DNA from: an uncultured Planctomycetia bacterium
GTDB taxonomy: Bacteria; Omnitrophota; Gorgyraeia; Duberdicusellales; 4484-171
Assembly (NCBI GenBank): GCA_964629655.1
Contig: CAZVQU010000001.1
Location: 164,056-228,055, forward strand
Direction: 5' to 3'
DNA length: 64,000 nucleotides
The notes below the pieces were generated by a model. It was not told the origin of the DNA. It ran no database searches and saw only the letters and a program-made list of their open reading frames with translations. The stretch's first letter is position 1; every line of letters starts with the position of its first letter. Below, piece after piece: positions 17,286-25,238 of the stretch. The position numbers were made by a program, and so were the translations under genes.

Positions 17286-19679
17286 TTACCAAAACCAAAA
17301 CTTCTTCTTCACTCCCTGCTGCTTTTTCTTCTTCCTTAGTTTCGCCGCAAGCAAATCTTTTTTTCTAGCTCTAGCCACCTTTTCCGCCTCTAGCTTCTCT
17401 TGACGCTTCTTTTCCTTGAGCTCTTTCTTCTTTCTTATTTTTTCCTGTTTTTTCTGGATCTTCTCCCTTCGGCGTTTTTGCTTTTCTGCTATTTTTTTGT
17501 TTTTACGCTCCCTTTTTTCTCTTGTTTCCTCGCTTTCGGATTCCCTCTTCTTTCTTATCTTTACATCCTTTAAATATTTTTTCTTTGCCCGAGCTTCCTC
17601 TTTTCTTTTAAGCTTATCTTGCTTCTTTTGCCCTTTGAGAAACTTTTTTTTCTGAGCTCGTTCCTTCTTTATCCTTACTTTTTCCTTTTTATTGCGAAGC
17701 TTTTTGGCCTGCTTAGCTTCTTTTTTAACCTGCCTGCGGAATTTTTCAATTCGTTTAGCTTTTTTCGCGGCCTGAGCTCTTTCTCTCTTGGCCTGAAGCC
17801 GATCTTCTCTTTTGCCCTCCCTGCGGAATTTCTGAACTAGCTTGCTTTCTCTCTTTGCCCGAGCTTTTTCTTCTCTCTTGAGTCTATCCTGCGCTCTCTC
17901 CCGAGCTCGTTTTTTCCTTACCCTTGCCTTTTCCTGTTTCTTACGAAACTTTTCGACCTGTTTAGCTTTCTTAGCAGCTTGAGCCTCCTCTTTTCTCTTG
18001 AGCTTATCTTGCTTCTCTTGCTCTTTGAGAAACTTTTTTTTCTGGACTCGTTCTTGCTTTATCCTTACCTTTTCTTGTTTCTTGCGAATCTTTTTGGCCT
18101 GTTTAGCTTCCTTCGCGGTTTGAGCTTCCTCTTTTCTCTTGAGCTTATCTTGCTTCTTTTGCTCTTTGAGAGACTCCTTCTCTCTGGCTCGCTCTTGCTT
18201 TATCCTTACCTTTTCCTTTTCCTTGCGGAGCTTTTTGGCTTGTTTAGCTTTTTTCGCAGCTTGAGCTTTTTCTCTCTTAACTTTCAACTCAGCTTCTCTT
18301 TGTATTTGCTTGCGGAGTTTTTGAACTTGTTTAGCTTCTTTCGCAACCTTAGCTTCTTCTCGTTTAGCTTGAAGTTGATCTTTTTTTTGTTCCTGCTCAC
18401 GAAGCTCCTCAGCTTGTTTAACTTCTTCCGCAACTTTGGCTTTTTCTCGCTTAGCTTGAAGTTGATCTTTTTTTTGTCCTTGCTTACGAAGCTCCTCAGC
18501 TTGTTTAGCTTTCTTAGCAGCTTGAGCTTCCTCTTTTCTCTTAAGCTTATCTTGCTTCTTTTGCTCTTTGAGAGACTCCTTCTCTCTGGCTCGCTCTTGC
18601 TTTATCCTTACCTTTTCTTGTTTTTTCCTTTCTTTCTCTTCTTGAACTTCCCTTTTTTTTCTTACCCTTTCTTCCTTCTTCGCAGTTAACACTTCTTGGC
18701 TTACTTCCTTCTTTAATTCCCTTTTTGTGATGTTTCTTTGAACCAACCCTTCTAATTCCTCGATTCTTTCTATGGCAAGATCATAATAATCACTATCGGA
18801 ATAATTCTTAACTACTTTTTTATAATAAATTATGCCGCTTTTATATTGATCCTGATTTTCATAAAATTGGCCGGTATTAAATACTTTTTTTGCCTCTTCA
18901 TTCCTTAAGGTTCTAAGCTGATCCTCTGCCTCAGAGGAAATCTTTGCCTCAGGATGATCTTTTATAAACTCATCAAGCCTACTTGCTGCTTCCTGAAGGT
19001 ATGAAGAATCATAATCCGCACCGGAGAATGCTTGTGATGTTGCTAAAGCTAATTGATACTTTGCTGGTGCAGCCCACTCACTATCTGAATAATTATCTAT
19101 GACTTTCTGGAAAGCTTTCCGGGATTCCTCATAGCGCCTCAATTGAAAAAGTATCATTCCTAATTTATATTGGGCTCGGGGTGCATACTCTGAGTATGGA
19201 ACTTTATTAACGATTCCTCCGAATATCTCAATTGATGGATGCTCTACGAAATCATAAAGAGATACGCCTAGCCATTCCTTACGCTCCCTATTCAAAAAAT
19301 ACTCTCCGATATGATATTCTCTCTCCACCACCTCATTTATCCTCTGGCTATTAGGATAGGAAGCGACTAGTTTTTGATACTCTCGAAAAGCATCATAAGG
19401 CTTATCAAACTTCTCCAGGCACCTGGCTAGGTAATATTGAGCCTCAGCAGCCTCCTTAGAATCAGGATAATTTATTAGAAGCTTTTTGAATGCTTCGTAG
19501 GCTTCCTTGAATTGATCCTTCTTGAAATACTTTAGGCCCTGTTTATATTGAAGATAGGGGTTGGCCAAAGCTGCATATTTAGGATTTTTCCACTCTTGGG
19601 TCTTCGGAGACCATATCCAAAAAGGGTAGGCATCAAAGGAAAAAAGAAGTAAAATCAAAAGGATTATGCTCTTTCTCAT
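17286..19679 (-). CDS. bamD: Outer membrane protein assembly factor BamD (TPR) with ~480-aa Lys-rich C-terminal extension
   Basis: Multiple TPRs (YPDS..AAEAQY, PYSEYAPRAQYKLG, YSDSEWAAPAKY), BamD-like AKKVFNTGQFY..Q..YKSGIIYYKKVV..YSDS; adjacent to lptE. Confidence 0.82.
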   Translation of the reverse strand: MRKSIILLILLLFSFDAYPFWIWSPKTQEWKNPKYAALANPYLQYKQGLKYFKKDQFKEAYEAFKKLLINYPDSKEAAEAQYYLARCLEKFDKPYDAFREYQKLVASYPNSQRINEVVEREYHIGEYFLNRERKEWLGVSLYDFVEHPSIEIFGGIVNKVPYSEYAPRAQYKLGMILFQLRRYEESRKAFQKVIDNYSDSEWAAPAKYQLALATSQAFSGADYDSSYLQEAASRLDEFIKDHPEAKISSEAEDQLRTLRNEEAKKVFNTGQFYENQDQYKSGIIYYKKVVKNYSDSDYYDLAIERIEELEGLVQRNITKRELKKEVSQEVLTAKKEERVRKKREVQEEKERKKQEKVRIKQERAREKESLKEQKKQDKLKRKEEAQAAKKAKQAEELRKQGQKKDQLQAKREKAKVAEEVKQAEELREQEQKKDQLQAKREEAKVAKEAKQVQKLRKQIQREAELKVKREKAQAAKKAKQAKKLRKEKEKVRIKQERAREKESLKEQKKQDKLKRKEEAQTAKEAKQAKKIRKKQEKVRIKQERVQKKKFLKEQEKQDKLKRKEEAQAAKKAKQVEKFRKKQEKARVRKKRARERAQDRLKREEKARAKRESKLVQKFRREGKREDRLQAKRERAQAAKKAKRIEKFRRQVKKEAKQAKKLRNKKEKVRIKKERAQKKKFLKGQKKQDKLKRKEEARAKKKYLKDVKIRKKRESESEETREKRERKNKKIAEKQKRRREKIQKKQEKIRKKKELKEKKRQEKLEAEKVARARKKDLLAAKLRKKKKQQGVKKKFWFW
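17289..18700 (-). repeat. In-frame charged repeat array (29- and 47-aa units) in BamD C-terminus
   Basis: LRKQGQKKDQLQAKREKAKVAEEVKQAEE / LREQEQKKDQLQAKREEAKVAKEAKQVQK / LRKQIQREAELKVKREKAQAAKKAKQAKK, plus repeated EKVRIKQERAREKESLKEQKKQDKLKRKEEAQ; boundaries approximate. Confidence 0.85.
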
Positions 19680-19687
19680 AGAAAAAA

Positions 19688-19716
19688 ACTATATCAGAAG
19701 CCTTGTTTCTTGTCAA
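19688..19716 (-). promoter_or_regulatory. sigma70 promoter for bamD-lptE-holA (likely leaderless)
   Basis: TTGACA-N17-TATAGT with TGn; ATG 19679 lies 8 nt after the -10; no SD. Confidence 0.7.
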
Positions 19717-21197
19717 TGAGAAAGGGGGCGCTTCTCAACCTCATAATCTGCCCTATTAAGCAAAGAACCGTCCCCGAAAAAAGCAAAAATTGTTCCAAGA
19801 ATAAGGTAATAAATGGCTACACCTTTAAGAGAAAAATTGTAAGAAATAAAAGAAAATTTTATCGAACCAAGAACTTGCACCAGGTTAATAAAACCCGATA
19901 TAAGCAAGGACAAAACTTCTCCTAGAGATTGGGCCAAAAATCTTAGAGGGGAAAAGATTAATAGAAGAAAATTAGTCACTAAGATAAGGGTGAAAAAGGG
20001 AATCAAGGCAACATTGTAAAAGATACTTAAAATATGTATTTTTCCAAAATAATAGGAGACCACGGGTGTTAAAAAAAGTGTTACAAATAGGGAGCAAAAG
20101 AAAATCTGCTTTAAGTAATGTAGCGCTACTATCTTAACTGGTTTTACGTTAAATGTTTTGAAGCTCAAAATTATGGCAAAAACAGAGATAAATGACAACT
20201 GGAATCCAATTGCAAAAAGGGATGAAGAATCTAGAAATAAAGCAACAAATCCGGCTAAAGCTAAAGAATTCAGCGCATTGGTCTTTCTTTTAAAGAGAAA
20301 ACCAAAAGCAAATACCGAATACATGGTAACAGCTCGCAAAGTAGAAGAGCTGGCTCCGGTAAGAAAAGTATAAAAATAAAGAAAAACTAAAGAAATAATA
20401 AGAGAGGCTCTAAATCTTACATTAAAAAACTTTAATACAAAGAATAAAATTAATGAAGTAAACCCTATGTGTAATCCGCTTATAGCCAGGAGATGAGATA
20501 CCCCAGCATTAGAGAATATCTCTCTTTCTTCACCTAAAAGTTCCTTTCTTCCTAAAAATACTCCGCTTAAAAATCTATATCCTCTATCTGAACAATTTTC
20601 CCTCAAAACGTTAAGAATATAATTAGATGATTTTCTCCCAAATTGTGCCCAGATTCCTAAAGGCAATTCTTGAAGGCCAACATCCTTTTTGATGTTTAAA
20701 GAGTAGTATGAATAACCATGGTATTTTCTCTTAGCTATCTTACCCTCTAATTGGTAGCAGCCTAGATAATCCATGCTCTGGGTATAATCACTAACCTTTA
20801 CCTTAAGTTTTAGGGGATAAGAATTTATCTTCCTTACTTGAGCAGTAAAGGTATTTCTCCTAGCTCCTTCTTTAGGTAGCGAGATGACTTTCAGAGTAAT
20901 GGCGCTCTCTGTTTTGGTAAATCTATCGATAGTTTGTAGGGAATGAGATGAATGCCATAGGGCTCCTAAAGAAAAAAAGAAAATCAAAATAAAAATATCT
21001 GAGAGAAAAAGCTTGCGATAGCGGTAGAAGATATAGACAAGACTAAGGGTGACTAGAGAAAGGCTAACAAAGATGAGAGGGGAGGTGAGAAAATTCCTAA
21101 GAATAATTCCCAAACAAAAACAGATAAAAAGAAAGAAATTTAGAAGACCTGCAAAATTTATCTTTCGCGTCAACAATTGTTTAATTGAAAGCGACAT
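19713..21197 (-). CDS. comEC: ComEC/Rec2 competence protein (no C-terminal MBL domain)
   Basis: GVSHLLAISGLHIG, TGASSSTLRA, GFQLSF; many TMs. Confidence 0.92.
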   Translation of the reverse strand: MSLSIKQLLTRKINFAGLLNFFLFICFCLGIILRNFLTSPLIFVSLSLVTLSLVYIFYRYRKLFLSDIFILIFFFSLGALWHSSHSLQTIDRFTKTESAITLKVISLPKEGARRNTFTAQVRKINSYPLKLKVKVSDYTQSMDYLGCYQLEGKIAKRKYHGYSYYSLNIKKDVGLQELPLGIWAQFGRKSSNYILNVLRENCSDRGYRFLSGVFLGRKELLGEEREIFSNAGVSHLLAISGLHIGFTSLILFFVLKFFNVRFRASLIISLVFLYFYTFLTGASSSTLRAVTMYSVFAFGFLFKRKTNALNSLALAGFVALFLDSSSLFAIGFQLSFISVFAIILSFKTFNVKPVKIVALHYLKQIFFCSLFVTLFLTPVVSYYFGKIHILSIFYNVALIPFFTLILVTNFLLLIFSPLRFLAQSLGEVLSLLISGFINLVQVLGSIKFSFISYNFSLKGVAIYYLILGTIFAFFGDGSLLNRADYEVEKRPLSH

Positions 21198-21528
21198 GCT
21201 TCTTTATGGCTTCTATTTTTTTATCGCCAATGCCTTTAACCTTTTTTAAATCTTCTAAATCCTTGAAAGATCCAAATTGATTACGATAATCAATAATTCG
21301 GCGAGCAATTACTTCCCCTATGCCGGGAATTCTCTTTAAGTCCCCTGGTGAAGCCGCATTAATATTGATAGGTCTGCTAAAGTCGGAGTTTTCAGATATA
21401 AGAACTCTTTCTCTATCAAGAGACAGATCTTCCCGGCTATCATTTAGAATTTTTAAAATGCTGCCTATCAAAACTAAAATTCCTATAAAGATGAGGACTT
21501 TTCTTTCTTGGTGGGTAAGGGAGAACAT
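21181..21528 (-). CDS. comEA: ComEA-like helix-hairpin-helix DNA-binding protein
   Basis: N-terminal TM; ININAAS..DLKRIPGIG..IARRIIDYR...DLKKVKGIG. Confidence 0.9.
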   Translation of the reverse strand: MFSLTHQERKVLIFIGILVLIGSILKILNDSREDLSLDRERVLISENSDFSRPININAASPGDLKRIPGIGEVIARRIIDYRNQFGSFKDLEDLKKVKGIGDKKIEAIKKHVAFN

Positions 21529-21553
21529 CTGGGCCTTACTTTCCTGAATCTAA

Positions 21554-24010
21554 TTAAACTACAATATTAACTATCTTTCCTTCGATGTAGATGATCTTTT
21601 TTAGTGGTTTCGAAGAGAGTAACTTTTGGACCTTATCTTGGGCTAGAGCTTTTTTCTCCACTTCTTCCTTTGACCAATTAACATTAATTAGTAATTTATC
21701 TCTTACTCTGCCATTAACAAGTATGGCAATCTCCACCTCTTCTTCTTCCAAATATTTCTCTTCTACCTTAGGCCAGTTTCTATCTAAAACCGAAGGCTTA
21801 TTGCCTAGAATCTCGTTGACTTCTTCACTTACATGGGGAATAAAAGGTGCTAGGAGCAGAAAAATAGCATCAACTGCTTCTTTGAGTATGTCTTTTTTCA
21901 AAGCCCCTTCGCCTAACCCTTTATAAGTCTGGTTCACCAACTCCATAATTCTGCTTATGGCTGTGTTAAATTGAAAGTTACCCTCTAGATCCCGAGTTAC
22001 ATCTTTAATGGTAGAATGTATTTTCTTGGTAAGTTCTCTCTCAGCTGTGTTGAGTTCTCCCGGAATACCCTCTACTTTACATTCAGCTAAAGCATCTACT
22101 AAACGCAGAGCTCTTTGGATGAATCTCCAAACTCCCTGCAAGCCTTCATCCTGCCACTCAGCATCTTTTTGAGGCGGACCCATAAATAAAATATAAAGCC
22201 TCATCGTGTCAGCACCATACTTATCAAGGATATAATCAGGTGCAACGACATTTCCTTTTGACTTAGACATCTTAGCTCCATCCTTAACAATCATCCCTTG
22301 AGTAAATAATCTCTTAAACGGTTCGGGAAAATTAACCAGGCCTTCACTTTTGAGGAATTTATTAATAAACCTCGAATACATAAGGTGTAAAATTGCATGC
22401 TCTACTCCTCCAATGTATTGGTCTACAGGAAGCCACTTATTGATATCTCCACTTACAAAAGGTGCTTTTCCCTCTTTAGGAGATATGTAGCGTAGATAAT
22501 ACCAGCTGGAATCAACAAAGGTATCCATAGTGTCAGTCTCACGTTTAGCTGGGCCACCACACTTCGGACACTTAGTCTGCATAAACTCCTCTATATAGGT
22601 TAAAGGAGACTGGCCAGTAGGTAAAAATTCCTTAACTTCCGGGAGTAAAACCGGTAAATCTTCCTCAGGTACTGGCACTTGGCCGCAATCCTGGCAATAA
22701 ATGATCGGGATTGGTGCTCCCCAATAGCGCTGGCGGGAGACTAACCAATCTCTTAACTTATAGTTAAGGGCTCTTTTCCCTATTCTATGAGATTCCATGT
22801 AGCCAGCAATTTTTTCCTTTGCTTGCTCAGAACCTAAACCGTCGAAATGTCCAGAATTAACTAAAACTCCTTCGTCTTCAAAAGCGTCTTCACTTTCTGA
22901 ATCAGAACCCTTAAAGCCAGGATCTTTTATAACTTTCCTTATTGATAAGTTATACTTTCGGGCAAATTCTAGATCTCTGCTGTCATGAGCCGGGACACAC
23001 ATTATTGCTCCGGTACCATAACCAACAAGGATATAATTAGCAATCCAAATAGGAATCTTTTCGGCATTCATCGGATTTATAGCAAATTTTCCGGTAAAGA
23101 TTCCTTTCTTCTCACCAATCTCAACCTGATATCCAGAAGCAGATTGGTTTTTGGTCTGTTCAATAAACTTTTCTATCTCCTCTCTGTTAGATGCATCGGC
23201 AATTAGTTCTCCTATGTTCGGATGGGCCCAGTTCAAAGCTATAAAAGTAGCTCCCAAAATAGTATCTACCCGGGTAGTAAAACACTTTAATTTTGTCTCC
23301 GAACCCTCTATGGGAAAATCTATCTCTACACCCTCTGATTTTCCAATCCAATTATCCTGCATTGTCTTAACCCTCTGAGGCCATTCCTCCAACAACTCTA
23401 GATCATCTAATAGAGCTTGAGCATAATCAGTTATTTTAAAAAACCATTGGTCTAAATTCTTAAGGCTAACTTCAGTCGAACAACGCTCACACTCACCATT
23501 AATAACCTGTTCATTGGCCAAGACTGTTTTACAGGAGTTACACCAATTAACCGCAGCCTGCTTACGGTAGGCAAGTCCTTTTTTGTAAAGCTTTAAGAAA
23601 ATCCACTGGGTCCACTTATAGTAATCCGGGAAACAGGTAGCAATTTCTCTGGACCAATCATAGCCTATCCCCCAACTCCCTAGCTGCTCTTTTATTCGTT
23701 CGATATTCTTCGAAGTCCAATCCTGAGGGTGAATCTTATGTTTAATAGCCTGATTTTCTGCCGGAAGACCAAAAGCATCCCAACCCATAGGACTTAAAAC
23801 ATAAAACCCGCGCATCTTTTTATAACGCGCTACAGCATCACCAATCACATAATTACGGGCATGGCCTACGTGAAGTTCACTTGAAGGATAGGGAAACATA
23901 ACTAAACAATAATACTTATTTCCGGAAACTTTCTTAGTTTCAACCGTAAAAGTCTTATTGTCCTTCCAATACTCTTGCCATTTCTTGTCAGTCTCTTTTG
24001 TGTAATTCAT
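21554..24010 (-). CDS. leuS: Leucine--tRNA ligase
   Basis: MFPYPS.ELHVGH, GWDAFGLPAEN, SRQRYWG, KMSKS. Confidence 0.98.
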   Translation of the reverse strand: MNYTKETDKKWQEYWKDNKTFTVETKKVSGNKYYCLVMFPYPSSELHVGHARNYVIGDAVARYKKMRGFYVLSPMGWDAFGLPAENQAIKHKIHPQDWTSKNIERIKEQLGSWGIGYDWSREIATCFPDYYKWTQWIFLKLYKKGLAYRKQAAVNWCNSCKTVLANEQVINGECERCSTEVSLKNLDQWFFKITDYAQALLDDLELLEEWPQRVKTMQDNWIGKSEGVEIDFPIEGSETKLKCFTTRVDTILGATFIALNWAHPNIGELIADASNREEIEKFIEQTKNQSASGYQVEIGEKKGIFTGKFAINPMNAEKIPIWIANYILVGYGTGAIMCVPAHDSRDLEFARKYNLSIRKVIKDPGFKGSDSESEDAFEDEGVLVNSGHFDGLGSEQAKEKIAGYMESHRIGKRALNYKLRDWLVSRQRYWGAPIPIIYCQDCGQVPVPEEDLPVLLPEVKEFLPTGQSPLTYIEEFMQTKCPKCGGPAKRETDTMDTFVDSSWYYLRYISPKEGKAPFVSGDINKWLPVDQYIGGVEHAILHLMYSRFINKFLKSEGLVNFPEPFKRLFTQGMIVKDGAKMSKSKGNVVAPDYILDKYGADTMRLYILFMGPPQKDAEWQDEGLQGVWRFIQRALRLVDALAECKVEGIPGELNTAERELTKKIHSTIKDVTRDLEGNFQFNTAISRIMELVNQTYKGLGEGALKKDILKEAVDAIFLLLAPFIPHVSEEVNEILGNKPSVLDRNWPKVEEKYLEEEEVEIAILVNGRVRDKLLINVNWSKEEVEKKALAQDKVQKLLSSKPLKKIIYIEGKIVNIVV

Positions 24011-24855
24011 CCTTTATGCAGCTGCCTTACTACCTTTAAATTTTCTTTATCTTCATCTTGGTTATTCTTAGGAGTCTCTAAAATAAATGGTAATTCTCTT
24101 AACTTGGGATGATTAACTATTAAATTAAAACCTCTCCGGCCAATCTGGCCTTCGCCAATATCATAGTGCCGATCACGAAGTGAACCTAACTCTTCCTGGG
24201 TATCGTTAAGATGAATGACTTTTAAGCGTTCTAGGCCTACGGCTTGGTCAATTTCATCGAGCAAAGCTTTCAGGCCTCTGGGTTCATTTATCTTATATCC
24301 TGCTGCCCAAGCATGCGCAGTGTCTAAACAAATACCAACAACCTCAGGCCTATTTAAACCATCTAAAATAATCTTCTGATGAGAAAACTTATAACCTAGC
24401 CAGTGACCGCTACCAGAGGTATTCTCAAGAAGAACTTTGGTCTTGGCTCCTTTGGTTTCTTTTAAAATCTTATTCAGAGCCTGAATTATTCTTGAAAGTC
24501 CTCCTTCCTCAGTCCCCCCTTTATAAGAACCCACGTGAGTCACTAGGTAATCAGCTCCGAGCTTATCTGCTTCAACGAGGTCGGAGATAAATTCTCTTAT
24601 CGTAATCTTGAAAAAACTTTTCTTTGCTGTAGCCAGATTAAGCAAGTACGGTATATGGATAACTACCGGGCTAATATTTGCCTTTTTTACTTTTTTCTTA
24701 AATCTCTCTACATCTTCGTCGCTTAAACTAGACTTTCTCCATTGACGGGGATTTCGAGAGAAAATCTGCATTGTATTGCAACCAAGCTCAACTGCCCTAT
24801 CAATGGATTTATAAATCTTACCCGCAATCGATACGTGAACACCAAGTTTCAACAA
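24007..24855 (-). CDS. nfo: Endonuclease IV (AP endonuclease)
   Basis: GVHVSIAG, HIPYLLNL, LLENTSG, CLDTAH, HLND, DRH, ILETP. Confidence 0.95.
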   Translation of the reverse strand: MLKLGVHVSIAGKIYKSIDRAVELGCNTMQIFSRNPRQWRKSSLSDEDVERFKKKVKKANISPVVIHIPYLLNLATAKKSFFKITIREFISDLVEADKLGADYLVTHVGSYKGGTEEGGLSRIIQALNKILKETKGAKTKVLLENTSGSGHWLGYKFSHQKIILDGLNRPEVVGICLDTAHAWAAGYKINEPRGLKALLDEIDQAVGLERLKVIHLNDTQEELGSLRDRHYDIGEGQIGRRGFNLIVNHPKLRELPFILETPKNNQDEDKENLKVVRQLHKG

Positions 24856-24891
24856 TTTTCTCTTTATCCCTATGGTTTAACTGACTTAAAT

Positions 24892-24967
24892 TGGTGGAGC
24901 CGGAGAGATTTGAACTCTCGACCTCTACGCTGCCAGCGTAGCGTTCTCCCAGCTGAACTACGGCCCC
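24892..24967 (-). tRNA. tRNA-Ala(GGC)
   Basis: GGGGCCGTAGTTCAGCTGGGAGAACGCTACGCTGGCAGCGTAG...GGCTCCACCA; anticodon GGC, encoded CCA. Confidence 0.97.
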
Positions 24968-24988
24968 TAATACTATAAATTATAAAGA

Positions 24989-25017
24989 ATATTATCATTT
25001 ACCAACTAAATTGTCAA
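24989..25017 (-). promoter_or_regulatory. Promoter for tRNA-Ala
   Basis: TTGACA-N17-TAATAT on minus strand. Confidence 0.6.
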
Positions 25018-25066
25018 TTGGCACATTCGGCTCCACTCAGTGTCAATTCTGGGTATTACCGAAGGG

Positions 25067-25095
25067 TTGACAAAGAAAATCAACGATGTTATGAT
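25067..25095 (+). promoter_or_regulatory. Promoter for tRNA-Leu
   Basis: TTGACA-N17-TATGAT, 12 nt upstream of the tRNA. Confidence 0.75.
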
Positions 25096-25107
25096 TTTTA
25101 TCTAATT

Positions 25108-25191
25108 GCCGGAGTGATGGAACTGGCAGACGTGCTGGATTCAAAATCCAGTCTTCGAAAGAAGGTGAGGGTTCAACTCCCTCCTCCGGCA
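25108..25191 (+). tRNA. tRNA-Leu(CAA)
   Basis: GCCGGAGTGATGGAACTGGCAGACG, anticodon arm CTGGA-TTCAAAA-TCCAG, long variable arm, GGTTCAACTCC; no encoded CCA. Confidence 0.96.
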
Positions 25192-25238
25192 TTTTAAATG
25201 CCTTACCCCATTCTTCTCATATCTGGTATAATATTCCG

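Noticed and set aside
17416-18689. Plus-strand hydrophobic ORFs (e.g. 17979-18689) over the BamD tail
   Set aside because: Same antisense artefact of the charged repeat.
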